DNA from: Candidatus Moanibacter sp.
Lineage (GTDB): Bacteria > Verrucomicrobiota > Verrucomicrobiia > Opitutales > UBA2987
Length of the DNA: 32,913 nucleotides
Direction: 5' to 3'
Assembly (NCBI GenBank): GCA_965215885.1
Contig: CBDCEW010000016.1
Location: forward strand, 1 to 32,913
A program made the translations under genes and the position numbers. A model generated the notes under the pieces. The model saw only the letters and a program-made list of their open reading frames with translations, searched no databases and was not told where the DNA came from. This document shows, one piece after another, positions 8,845 through 16,389 of this stretch (positions are counted from its first letter, which is position 1; every line of letters begins with the position of its first letter).

Positions 8845-10068
8845 ATGGACTGTCTGTGTCTAATCTGCGAGAGCTCTGTCGAGGCTTTTCTCTCATTCGG
8901 TGAGATGCCTCTGGCTAACGGGTTCCTGAGTCCCGAAGAATTCAATGATGAAAACCGCTACAAACTGGGTGTGGGACTGTGCAGCGAGTGTGGGATGGTT
9001 CAGCTGGTAGAAAGTGTAGCCCCGAAAATTCTGTTTCACGAGAGCTACCCTTACTACTCCTCCGTTTCAACGCGAATGGCGGACCATTTCGAAACACTGG
9101 CCGAGATGGTCATGGCCACTCGCTTGAGGAATGACGATCCGTTCGTTGTCGAGATCGGGAGCAATGATGGTATCCTGATGAAACACTTTGCCCGCAGTGG
9201 CATCGGGCACCTTGGAGTTGAGCCATCAGAAAACGTGGCCAGGGCAGCCATGAAACAAGGCGTGAGGACTACGGTTCGATTTTTTGATGATCAACTCGCT
9301 CGAGAAATTGTCGACGCTGATGGGAAAGCGGATGTTATCCTTGGGGCAAATGTCTTCTGTCACGTAGAAAAAATCCACGCCGTCATGAAGGGCGTTAAAA
9401 TTCTACTGAAGCCGGACGGGGTTTTGATTTTCGAAGATCCATACCTCGGTGACATTTTGGAGAAAACTTCCTACGATCAGATATATGATGAACACTTGTT
9501 CTATTTCTCCCTGACGTCGGTCTGCGCTCTGGTCGAGAAACATGATCTGGAAGTGATCGAAGTGCAACCATTGAGTGTGCACGGAGGTTCCATGCGCTAT
9601 TTTGTGAGTCATAAAAGCCGATTCCCTATCACGGACAGCGTAACCGAATGGCGCCGCAGGGAAGCTGACATCGGTCTCAACCGGTTAGAGACTTTTGCCC
9701 GTTTCCGGGAGCGCGTGGTGGATTCGAGCAAGCAACTCATGGATTTGCTGAAGAGCAAAAGAGAAGAGGGAAAACGCGTTGTCGGCTATGGCGCCACATC
9801 GAAAAGTACAACCGTCATAAATTATTGCGGCATAACCCCGAAATTGGTTGAATTTATAAGCGATTCGACTCCGACGAAACAAAATCTCCTCTCACCTGGC
9901 GCTCACATTCCGATTCGTCCTCAATCTGAGTTCGCACGGCACTATCCTGATTACGCTCTGCTTTTCGCCTGGAATCACAGCCATGAAATCAGGGCCAAAG
10001 AACGCGATTTCGAGGAGAGAGGAGGGAAATGGATTGTCTATGTTCCCCGGGTGAAGGTTATACCTTGA
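8845..10068 (+). CDS. NDP-hexose C-methyltransferase (SAM-dependent, N-terminal Zn site)
   Basis: CLIC...CSECG zinc motif, EIGSNDG SAM motif, YDQIYDEH, HGGS, GYGATSK, PGAHIPI and FAWN. Confidence 0.88.
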   Translation: MDCLCLICESSVEAFLSFGEMPLANGFLSPEEFNDENRYKLGVGLCSECGMVQLVESVAPKILFHESYPYYSSVSTRMADHFETLAEMVMATRLRNDDPFVVEIGSNDGILMKHFARSGIGHLGVEPSENVARAAMKQGVRTTVRFFDDQLAREIVDADGKADVILGANVFCHVEKIHAVMKGVKILLKPDGVLIFEDPYLGDILEKTSYDQIYDEHLFYFSLTSVCALVEKHDLEVIEVQPLSVHGGSMRYFVSHKSRFPITDSVTEWRRREADIGLNRLETFARFRERVVDSSKQLMDLLKSKREEGKRVVGYGATSKSTTVINYCGITPKLVEFISDSTPTKQNLLSPGAHIPIRPQSEFARHYPDYALLFAWNHSHEIRAKERDFEERGGKWIVYVPRVKVIP

Positions 10069-10086
10069 TTTTTACGTGTTTAGCGT

Positions 10087-10266
10087 GATTGCTTATGGTC
10101 TCAAAGTTCCAGCAATTTTTTCGGTCTTCGGGGTCATGTCCTTAAGAAGTGGCTGTTTTTCCGCTTCGCTGAGGGGGTCAGGCCTTACAAACCGCCCTAC
10201 GCAAGCTCCGGGCAATTTGTTAAGGCGACTGACCCCGAAAAACAGAGACTTCTAAGGCTTGACCCC
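10087..10266. repeat. GGGGTCA-type long imperfect hairpin plus a 50-bp leader repeated at 23793-23843
   Basis: Outer arms 10130-10161 and 10237-10266; inner arms 10174-10191 and 10216-10236. The leader GATTGCTTATGG...GGGGTCA recurs on the minus strand at 23.8 kb. Confidence 0.75.
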
Positions 10267-10316
10267 TTGCTTCGAACATCGAACTAAGACACTTTCCATC
10301 ACGCTAAACACGCAAC

Positions 10317-11435
10317 ATGATATTCAGCAGCTATCCAAAGGAACAGTATCTGACTCACAGGGACGGGATTAAGGAAGCGATCGAGCGGGTGCTCGAGAGC
10401 GGCCACTATTTGATGGGCGAGGAGTTGTCATCTTTTGAAACGGAATTTTCCTCGTTTATCGGTGCCCGTTACGGCATCGGAGTTTCCAGCGGTACGGATG
10501 CTCTCCGATTGTCCCTGAAGGCGACGAATGTTGGACCGGGCGACGAAGTAATCACTGTATCCCATACGGCACCGGCTACGGTCGCGGCAATCGAAATGAT
10601 TGGCGCTGTCCCTGTCTTAGTTGATATTCAATCCCGCACTTTCACTCTCGACCCGCGGTTGCTGCCGGAAGCTCTCTCCTCGAGAACTAAGGCGATCGTT
10701 CCCGTACACCTTTATGGGCAGCCTGCCAACATGGACGCGATCATGGATATTGCCCGCGAGCACGGGCTACGCGTAATCGAAGACTGCGCCTAGGCTCCCG
10801 GAGCAACCTGGCGCGATCAATATGTGGGCACTCTCGGCGATGTCGGTTGTTTCAGCTTCTATCCGACAAAGAATCTGGGAGCCCTCGGCGACGCCGGAAT
10901 GGTAGTGACTGACGATTCCGCACTGGCTGAAAGGATCCGAGCTCTGCGCGAATACGGCTGGGACGATAATCGAATTAGCCGGTATCCGGGTGTCAACGCG
11001 CGGATGGACGAGATTCAGGCTGCTGTTTTGCGCGCGAAATTGCCGGACCTCGCATCGGAAAATCGAATCAGAAACGAAGTGGCAAAGTTCTACAGTAAAG
11101 CGCTGGAGAGTACACCGTTACAATTGCCGGGGGTGCGAGGACACGCCACCCACGTATATCACTTGTACGTCGTGCGGTCAACGCGGCGAGACGCTTTGCA
11201 ACGCTCACTAAGGGAACAAGATATTCTGTGCGGCGTACACTATCCCGTTCCGGTTCACTTGCAGCCGGCCTACCAACCGCTGCTGCCCGCTGAATTGTCC
11301 CTACCCGAATCGGAACGCGCCGCTCGGGAGGTTCTTTCTTTACCCATTTACCCCGAATTAGGTGAAGAGCAATTAGTAGGGATCACGGGAGCAGTTGCTG
11401 AATTTTTCTCCCGGGATAACGGTTGCGGAGAATGA
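10317..11435 (+). pseudogene. DegT/DnrJ/EryC1/StrS sugar aminotransferase with in-frame TAG at 10791-10793
   Basis: Two in-frame ORF halves join as VIEDCA*APG, where the family motif is EDAAQAxG. SSGTDAL, VHLYG, FSFYPTKNLGALGDAG and NARMDEIQAA are intact. Confidence 0.9.
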
Positions 11436-11875
11436 TTGAGGGCATCATTTTGACCACTTTGGAAACCCATCATGATGAGAGGGGTTTTTTTCGGGAGATA
11501 GTGCGGTGCAGCGCATTGGGTTCGGGGGAGAAATTCGGTCAGTTGAGTCACTCGCTGGTCCTGGCCGATGTGATCAAGGCCTGGCATATGCATCGAATCC
11601 AGACCGATTGGTGGTATATCTGCACTGGTATCATCCGCGTGGGTCTGTGCGATTTGCGTGAGGTTTCATCGAACGTGAAGGAGACGATGGATTTCAGAAT
11701 GGGAGATGGGGAAGAGGCTCAAGTATTAATGATTCCACCCGGTGTGGCGCATGGTTATCGTGTCCTGGAAGGCCCGGTGAACGTTATCTACATGACCTCT
11801 CATGAGTATAATCCCGAAGATGAGATTCGGATACCGATTGATGACCCGAGGATTGGATTCGATTGGGGTAAATAA
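11432..11875 (+). CDS. RmlC-like cupin (dTDP-4-dehydrorhamnose 3,5-epimerase family)
   Basis: Motifs DERGFFRE, IKAWHMH, DLR, IPPGVAHG and DPRIGFDW. ATGA overlap with the upstream stop. Confidence 0.85.
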   Translation: MIEGIILTTLETHHDERGFFREIVRCSALGSGEKFGQLSHSLVLADVIKAWHMHRIQTDWWYICTGIIRVGLCDLREVSSNVKETMDFRMGDGEEAQVLMIPPGVAHGYRVLEGPVNVIYMTSHEYNPEDEIRIPIDDPRIGFDWGK

Positions 11876-11907
11876 TTGCAAGCGGGCGAATGATAGCAAA
11901 TTCCTCG

Positions 11908-12545
11908 GCACGGAGATACACTGAGCTGCACACGGAGGATCACAGAGATTAACGCTTCAATAAGGAAGGCAGGAAAAAGAAGAAGAGAACCGGTCTGCCG
12001 TACGGCAGACCACGCAGATGGACGCGAATGACGGAGGAAGTCCCGCAGATTCGAGCCGTCTCCGCCCGCTGGGCTTCGCCGAACCAGGGAAGGCAACGGA
12101 TCGGGATGGGAAAGAGACACGAGGAGGCGGGAGTACGAGGTCCGAATATCGTCGTCTTTGTCGTAAGCCTCGCCGTAAACTTCGTCGAGAGCACCTCGAA
12201 TGGAAGTCGTACCACCTTGATACCCTTGCGGGTCTCTTTGTCGCGAGTCCTGCTGAGCGGGATCGCGAGCTTTGTCGAAAAAAGGTAAGATCGACAGGAG
12301 ATAACGATTGCGAGTCACGATGGGAGAGGGGGAACTGGTTCGATCTTTTTTCGTGATCATAATCGTGATCTAAATTCGAAAGAGGGAAAGGTCGACGGGA
12401 GATAACGATTGAGAATTACGATTGGAGAGGGAGATTGGAGGGAAACGGATTCCTGCCTTATTCTGTCGAACCATCATTCTCCTGCTTTCCTGCCTTCCTT
12501 ATCTATCTCTGTGCAGCTCTGTGGTTCTCGGTGGTGCTCTGTGAC
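11908..12545. repeat. Nested inverted/direct repeat stack (non-coding spacer)
   Basis: Outer CAC(A/G)GAG-periodic arms 11908-11949 and 12505-12545. Perfect 17-bp IR 11960-11976/12486-12502. Perfect 20-bp palindrome 11992-12011. 41-bp direct repeat at 12291 and 12392 (36/41). Confidence 0.8.
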
Positions 12546-12614
12546 CCCTCCTCTTATCTGTCGGCATTTTAGTTTGGTTGCGGAGAGCAGCTTCATCATG
12601 TACAGCAGACCGGA

Positions 12615-13673
12615 ATGAGCGCGATCGACGACCGCGAGGTAGCGGCGACTTTTCAAGGTAAACACATATTGGTAACGGGCGCTTCAGGATTTCTGGCCAC
12701 CTCCCTCCTCCGGGTGCTCGGCTCCGTCGATTGTCGAATCACATGTCTCTCGCACCGGCCGATGACAGAAGTTCGCGAGAGTAAGGTAGTGGCTTCCAAG
12801 GTGGCGGAGAGATTCGAAAACGGACCTGATCCCATGACATTTTCGAAATGTTCAGCCAGGGTTGATTGCCAGACCGGGAGCCTCGATAACAGGGAAACCT
12901 GGGAGCATGCGGTAACCGGTGTCGATTATGTCTTTCACTTCGCCGCCCAGACGAGTGTAAGAAAAGCGGAAGAAAATCCTGAGGCAGACTTTCGCAACAA
13001 TGTCCTGCCTTTACTCTTGCTCCTCGAATCATGTCGCAGTCAATTCTGCCACCCATCGATTCTTTTTGCCGGTTCCGTTACCCAGGCTGGAGTTCCTTCC
13101 GAGGAGTTGGTAGACGAAAGTCTTCCCGACGATCCGGTAAGTGTCTACGAGCTTCATAAACTGATGGCGGAGAAGTATCTCAGTTTTTACTCTCGTCAGG
13201 GCGTTGTGTCGGGAGTTACTTTGCGTTTGCCTAACATATATGGCCCCGGACCGGAGAGCAGTTCGGCGGATCGGGGGATACTCAACCGAATGATGAAGCG
13301 CGCGATTGCGGGGGAGGCGCTCACAGTCTATGGAAACGGCAAATACCTTCGCGACTACCTCTACATCGAAGATGCAGTGAGGGCATTTTTGCTCGCGGCA
13401 CGCAATATTACCGCATTCTCAGGTCAGCATTTTGTAACTGGTACGGGGAGGGCATATTCTATTGTGGACGCGTTTAAAATGGTAGCGGAAAAAGCCAAAA
13501 TGAAGATTGGTCGCGAAGTTTCGGTGATGCATGTCGATCCTCCTTCCCCCTTACATCCCGTTGAGAAGCGAAGCTTTGTCGTCGACTCCAGTAAATTCTA
13601 TGAGGCGACGGGCTGGACTTCCTCCGTGTCTCTCGGCGAAGGAATTGACCGGACATTGGATTGTCTGTTGTGA
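12615..13673 (+). CDS. NAD-dependent sugar epimerase/dehydratase (extended SDR)
   Basis: Motifs TGASGFLA, FHFAA, YELHK (YxxxK), LRLPNIYGPG and RDYLYIED. Confidence 0.88.
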   Translation: MSAIDDREVAATFQGKHILVTGASGFLATSLLRVLGSVDCRITCLSHRPMTEVRESKVVASKVAERFENGPDPMTFSKCSARVDCQTGSLDNRETWEHAVTGVDYVFHFAAQTSVRKAEENPEADFRNNVLPLLLLLESCRSQFCHPSILFAGSVTQAGVPSEELVDESLPDDPVSVYELHKLMAEKYLSFYSRQGVVSGVTLRLPNIYGPGPESSSADRGILNRMMKRAIAGEALTVYGNGKYLRDYLYIEDAVRAFLLAARNITAFSGQHFVTGTGRAYSIVDAFKMVAEKAKMKIGREVSVMHVDPPSPLHPVEKRSFVVDSSKFYEATGWTSSVSLGEGIDRTLDCLL

Positions 13674-14623
13674 ATGTGTTAATCATTGGTGGCGCCGGAT
13701 TTGTTGGTATCAACCTCGTCCGCCGTTGTCTTGAGGAGTCCGGGATCCACCTTACGGTATTGGATTCCCTCGATCCGATATTTCAAAGTAAGCGGGAACA
13801 TCTGAATGATGTTCTTGACAAGATTGAACTCGTCGAGGGCGACCTGCGGGACCATTCTCTGTTGGAGAAGCTGGTAAAAGACCGGGATGTAATCTTTAAT
13901 TGTGCCGCCCAAAGTTCGCATACCTATTCACTGAAGAATCCCTTGCTCGATGCCGAGATTAACTGCTTGGGAAATCTCGGCCTTCTGGAAGTCGTTAGAA
14001 GGCACAATCCCGGCGCCACAATCGTATACCCATCGAGCAGCACGGTCATTGGAAAAGCGTGTCACCCCGTTGTTACGGAAGATCACCCTGAACGCCCCCT
14101 GGACATTTATTCCGCAAACAAGAGCGTTGCAGAAAAGTATTATGGCATTTACCACAGCGCGCACGGTCTCAATACGGTTTGTCTGCGCTTTGCCAATCTT
14201 TACGGGCCCTTTGGTAAGGAGAGTCCGGAATTCGGATTCATCAATTACTTTATCGGCCTCGCCCGCGCAGGAGAGGAGATTCCCGTGTTCGGAGATGGCG
14301 GCCAGCGTCGCAATGTCATGTATGTGGAGGATGCGGTCGATATTCTCTGGATTTCCGCAGCCGAATCGCGGCTCGTGGGCGCGGTTCATTTCGCCGCCGG
14401 AGATGAGCATCTGACGGTTCGTGAGGTCGCTGAGAAGATTGTATCGGTTTTTCCGAAGGGTAGGGTTCGCGAAGTCGATTGGCCGGAAGAGCGTCGAAGA
14501 TTAGAAGTCAACAATGTAACGATCTCCTCCGACAGACTGCGGAAAGTGGTAACCTGGAGACCGCGTTTCGATTTTGTCTCTGGCCTATACAAGACTAAGG
14601 CTTTTCTGGATCGGGCTAGATGA
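13670..14623 (+). CDS. NAD-dependent sugar epimerase/dehydratase (extended SDR)
   Basis: Motifs GGAGFVG, FNCAA, YSANK and LRFANLYGP. GTGA overlap with the upstream stop. Confidence 0.88.
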   Translation: MNVLIIGGAGFVGINLVRRCLEESGIHLTVLDSLDPIFQSKREHLNDVLDKIELVEGDLRDHSLLEKLVKDRDVIFNCAAQSSHTYSLKNPLLDAEINCLGNLGLLEVVRRHNPGATIVYPSSSTVIGKACHPVVTEDHPERPLDIYSANKSVAEKYYGIYHSAHGLNTVCLRFANLYGPFGKESPEFGFINYFIGLARAGEEIPVFGDGGQRRNVMYVEDAVDILWISAAESRLVGAVHFAAGDEHLTVREVAEKIVSVFPKGRVREVDWPEERRRLEVNNVTISSDRLRKVVTWRPRFDFVSGLYKTKAFLDRAR

Positions 14624-14637
14624 CACAATTGTTTGGT

Positions 14638-14703
14638 AGCCCGCTTTTTGTGGCCGGAAAGTTTTGCCCTACAGCGGAGCTTTCCGGCCACATAAAGCGG
14701 GCT
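14638..14703. repeat. 24-bp-stem intergenic hairpin (REP-like, begins within GTAG)
   Basis: AGCCCGCTTTTTGTGGCCGGAAAG pairs with CTTTCCGGCCACATAAAGCGGGCT, one mismatch. No U-tract. Ends just before the AGGAGG RBS. Confidence 0.75.
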
Positions 14704-14714
14704 CAGGAGGTCTC

Positions 14715-15656
14715 GTGAGGATTCTTGTCACAGGTGCGTTGGGCCACATCGGATCGAAGCTCATAAGGGAGTTGCCGAAGTCGATTGCGGATGTCGAGGT
14801 CGCCATGATGGACAATCTTTCGACTCAGCGGTATTCGGCGTTATTCGGTCTGCCTGAGGAAGGCCACTATCACTTTCGGGAAGCAGATGTCCTGACTGTT
14901 GATCTCGTTCCTTTTGTGGAAGAGGCGGACGTCGTGATTCATCTGGCTGCGATAACCGACGCCGAGTCGAGCCTTTCGAGGGGCGAAAAAGTATTAGGAG
15001 AGAATGTCGAAGGGACTCGCAGGGTCGCCGAAGCGTGCGCGCAAACCGGCACACCGCTGATTTATCCTTCCACCACCAGTGTTTACGGCACGCAGGAAGA
15101 GAGGGTAGACGAAGACTGCCAACCATCCGAATTGAAGCCTCAAAGTCCCTACGCCCAATCAAAACTGGAAGGAGAGAAGCTTTTGCACGAGATGGGCGAA
15201 ACGAATGGATTACGCTTTGTCACGTGCCGGTTTGGTACCATCTTCGGCGTATCCCCGGGTATGCGTTTTCACACCGCCGTAAACCGGTTCTGTTGGCAAT
15301 CCGCTTTGAAGCAGCCCCTTACAGTGTGGCGAACCGCCCTCCATCAAGTACGTCCCTATCTGGATCTGAATGATGCAATCCGGTCTCTCGTCTTTATTAT
15401 CGAGAATGAGATGTTTGATTGCTCTGTTTATAACGTCCTCACGTTCAATAAAACCGTCGATGATATTCTCCGGAGTATTCGAAGACACCTACCCGATATT
15501 CAGATCGAGTATGTTGATTCGAAGTTGATGAATCAGCTATCCTTTGAAGTCTCCCATGAACGATTTGTATCAAAGGGATTCGAGTTCCTCGGGTGCCTGG
15601 ATAAGAGCATCCGGGAGACCATCGGTCTCATTCGACGGGCTGTCTTCGAGCGGTAG
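14715..15656 (+). CDS. NAD-dependent sugar epimerase/dehydratase (extended SDR)
   Basis: GTG start after AGGAGG. Motifs TGALGHIG, HLAA, STTSVYG, YAQSK and RFGTIFG. Confidence 0.88.
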   Translation: MRILVTGALGHIGSKLIRELPKSIADVEVAMMDNLSTQRYSALFGLPEEGHYHFREADVLTVDLVPFVEEADVVIHLAAITDAESSLSRGEKVLGENVEGTRRVAEACAQTGTPLIYPSTTSVYGTQEERVDEDCQPSELKPQSPYAQSKLEGEKLLHEMGETNGLRFVTCRFGTIFGVSPGMRFHTAVNRFCWQSALKQPLTVWRTALHQVRPYLDLNDAIRSLVFIIENEMFDCSVYNVLTFNKTVDDILRSIRRHLPDIQIEYVDSKLMNQLSFEVSHERFVSKGFEFLGCLDKSIRETIGLIRRAVFER

Positions 15657-15703
15657 CTCTTGCGAATGCTCTTTGTTCGACCATCGACTACGATTACGAT
15701 TTC

Positions 15704-15763
15704 GACCTCCCAGATGATCTCCAAGTCAATCCCGGCGTAGTTGTAGACGATGCGTTTAGACAT
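15704..15763 (-). pseudogene. HEPN/DUF86 toxin remnant (internal deletion)
   Basis: Reads MSKR directly joined to IVYNYAGIDLEIIWEV, resembling the DUF86 C-terminal 'R.xxH.Y.GID.EIIW' segment. The start overlaps the MNT stop. Confidence 0.6.
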
Positions 15764-16004
15764 CGATCAGGTCCGGCTCAATCCGCTTCCACAGCAACGG
15801 TTTGATACCGCGGCGGGAGACGAGGTCGACCTTGTGCCCCAGCAAAGATTCAAACCGCTCCGCTAGCGTGACAAAACCAATACCAATCTTCGGCTCCACG
15901 TCCACTACGATGTCAATGTCACTCTGCTCGCGCGCCTCACCTCGCGCCACTGAGCCGTAGAGCGCAATGCGACGGAGAAGAAATTCGCGGTCGAACGGGA
16001 ATTT
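15756..16004 (-). pseudogene. MNT nucleotidyltransferase antitoxin, 5'-truncated
   Basis: Reads IALYGSVARGEAREQSDIDIVV...LLGHKVDLVS. There is an in-frame TAG at 16005-16007 and no start codon before the GS motif. Confidence 0.75.
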
Positions 16005-16389
16005 CTAGATATCTCGCGATGCCCAACGGAGTTAGAGGGACGAGAATAATGAAGGCGGAAAGATGAATAAGGTGGGCGTGAAGAACAGGATGAAGGCGAA
16101 ACCTGCTGGGAGGCAGAGCGAAGATTTGGCATGTAAACTGGCTTGGAAAGAACCCACCCTTGCCCCTCCAAGGAGTGGAACTTGGAAAATGAGTATCGAG
16201 GTGAGATGATTCCCTCCGCCAGTGGGAAGCCCGAGTAATCCACTCGGGTGTGGTAGGGCGATGTTGGTCTGACTATCACTGAGGCTTGCTCCTGCTCAGT
16301 GAGAGCGAGGTGGAGTGGTCTACTACTAAATGAGAATCGATTATTATTTTTATTTCTTGAAAATTAGAAATAATGGGAACGCTTATCTT

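Noticed and set aside
10791..10793. Genome-wide TAG recoding or pyrrolysine
   Set aside because: TAG terminates several complete genes here (15656, 16421, 19628, 21780, 24104), and the expected residue at this site is Gln.
11800..12618. ORFs 11800-12360, 11949-12215, 12018-12356, 12028-12288 and 12409-12618
   Set aside because: They have no recognisable motifs and translate repeat DNA.
14638..14703. Rho-independent terminator
   Set aside because: It has no U-tract and lies between co-oriented pathway genes, so it is reported as a REP-like hairpin instead.
16328..16350. Fur-box-like TGAGAATCGATTATTA
   Set aside because: The spacing is 7-2-7 rather than 7-1-7, the context is AT-rich, and no iron-uptake gene is adjacent.
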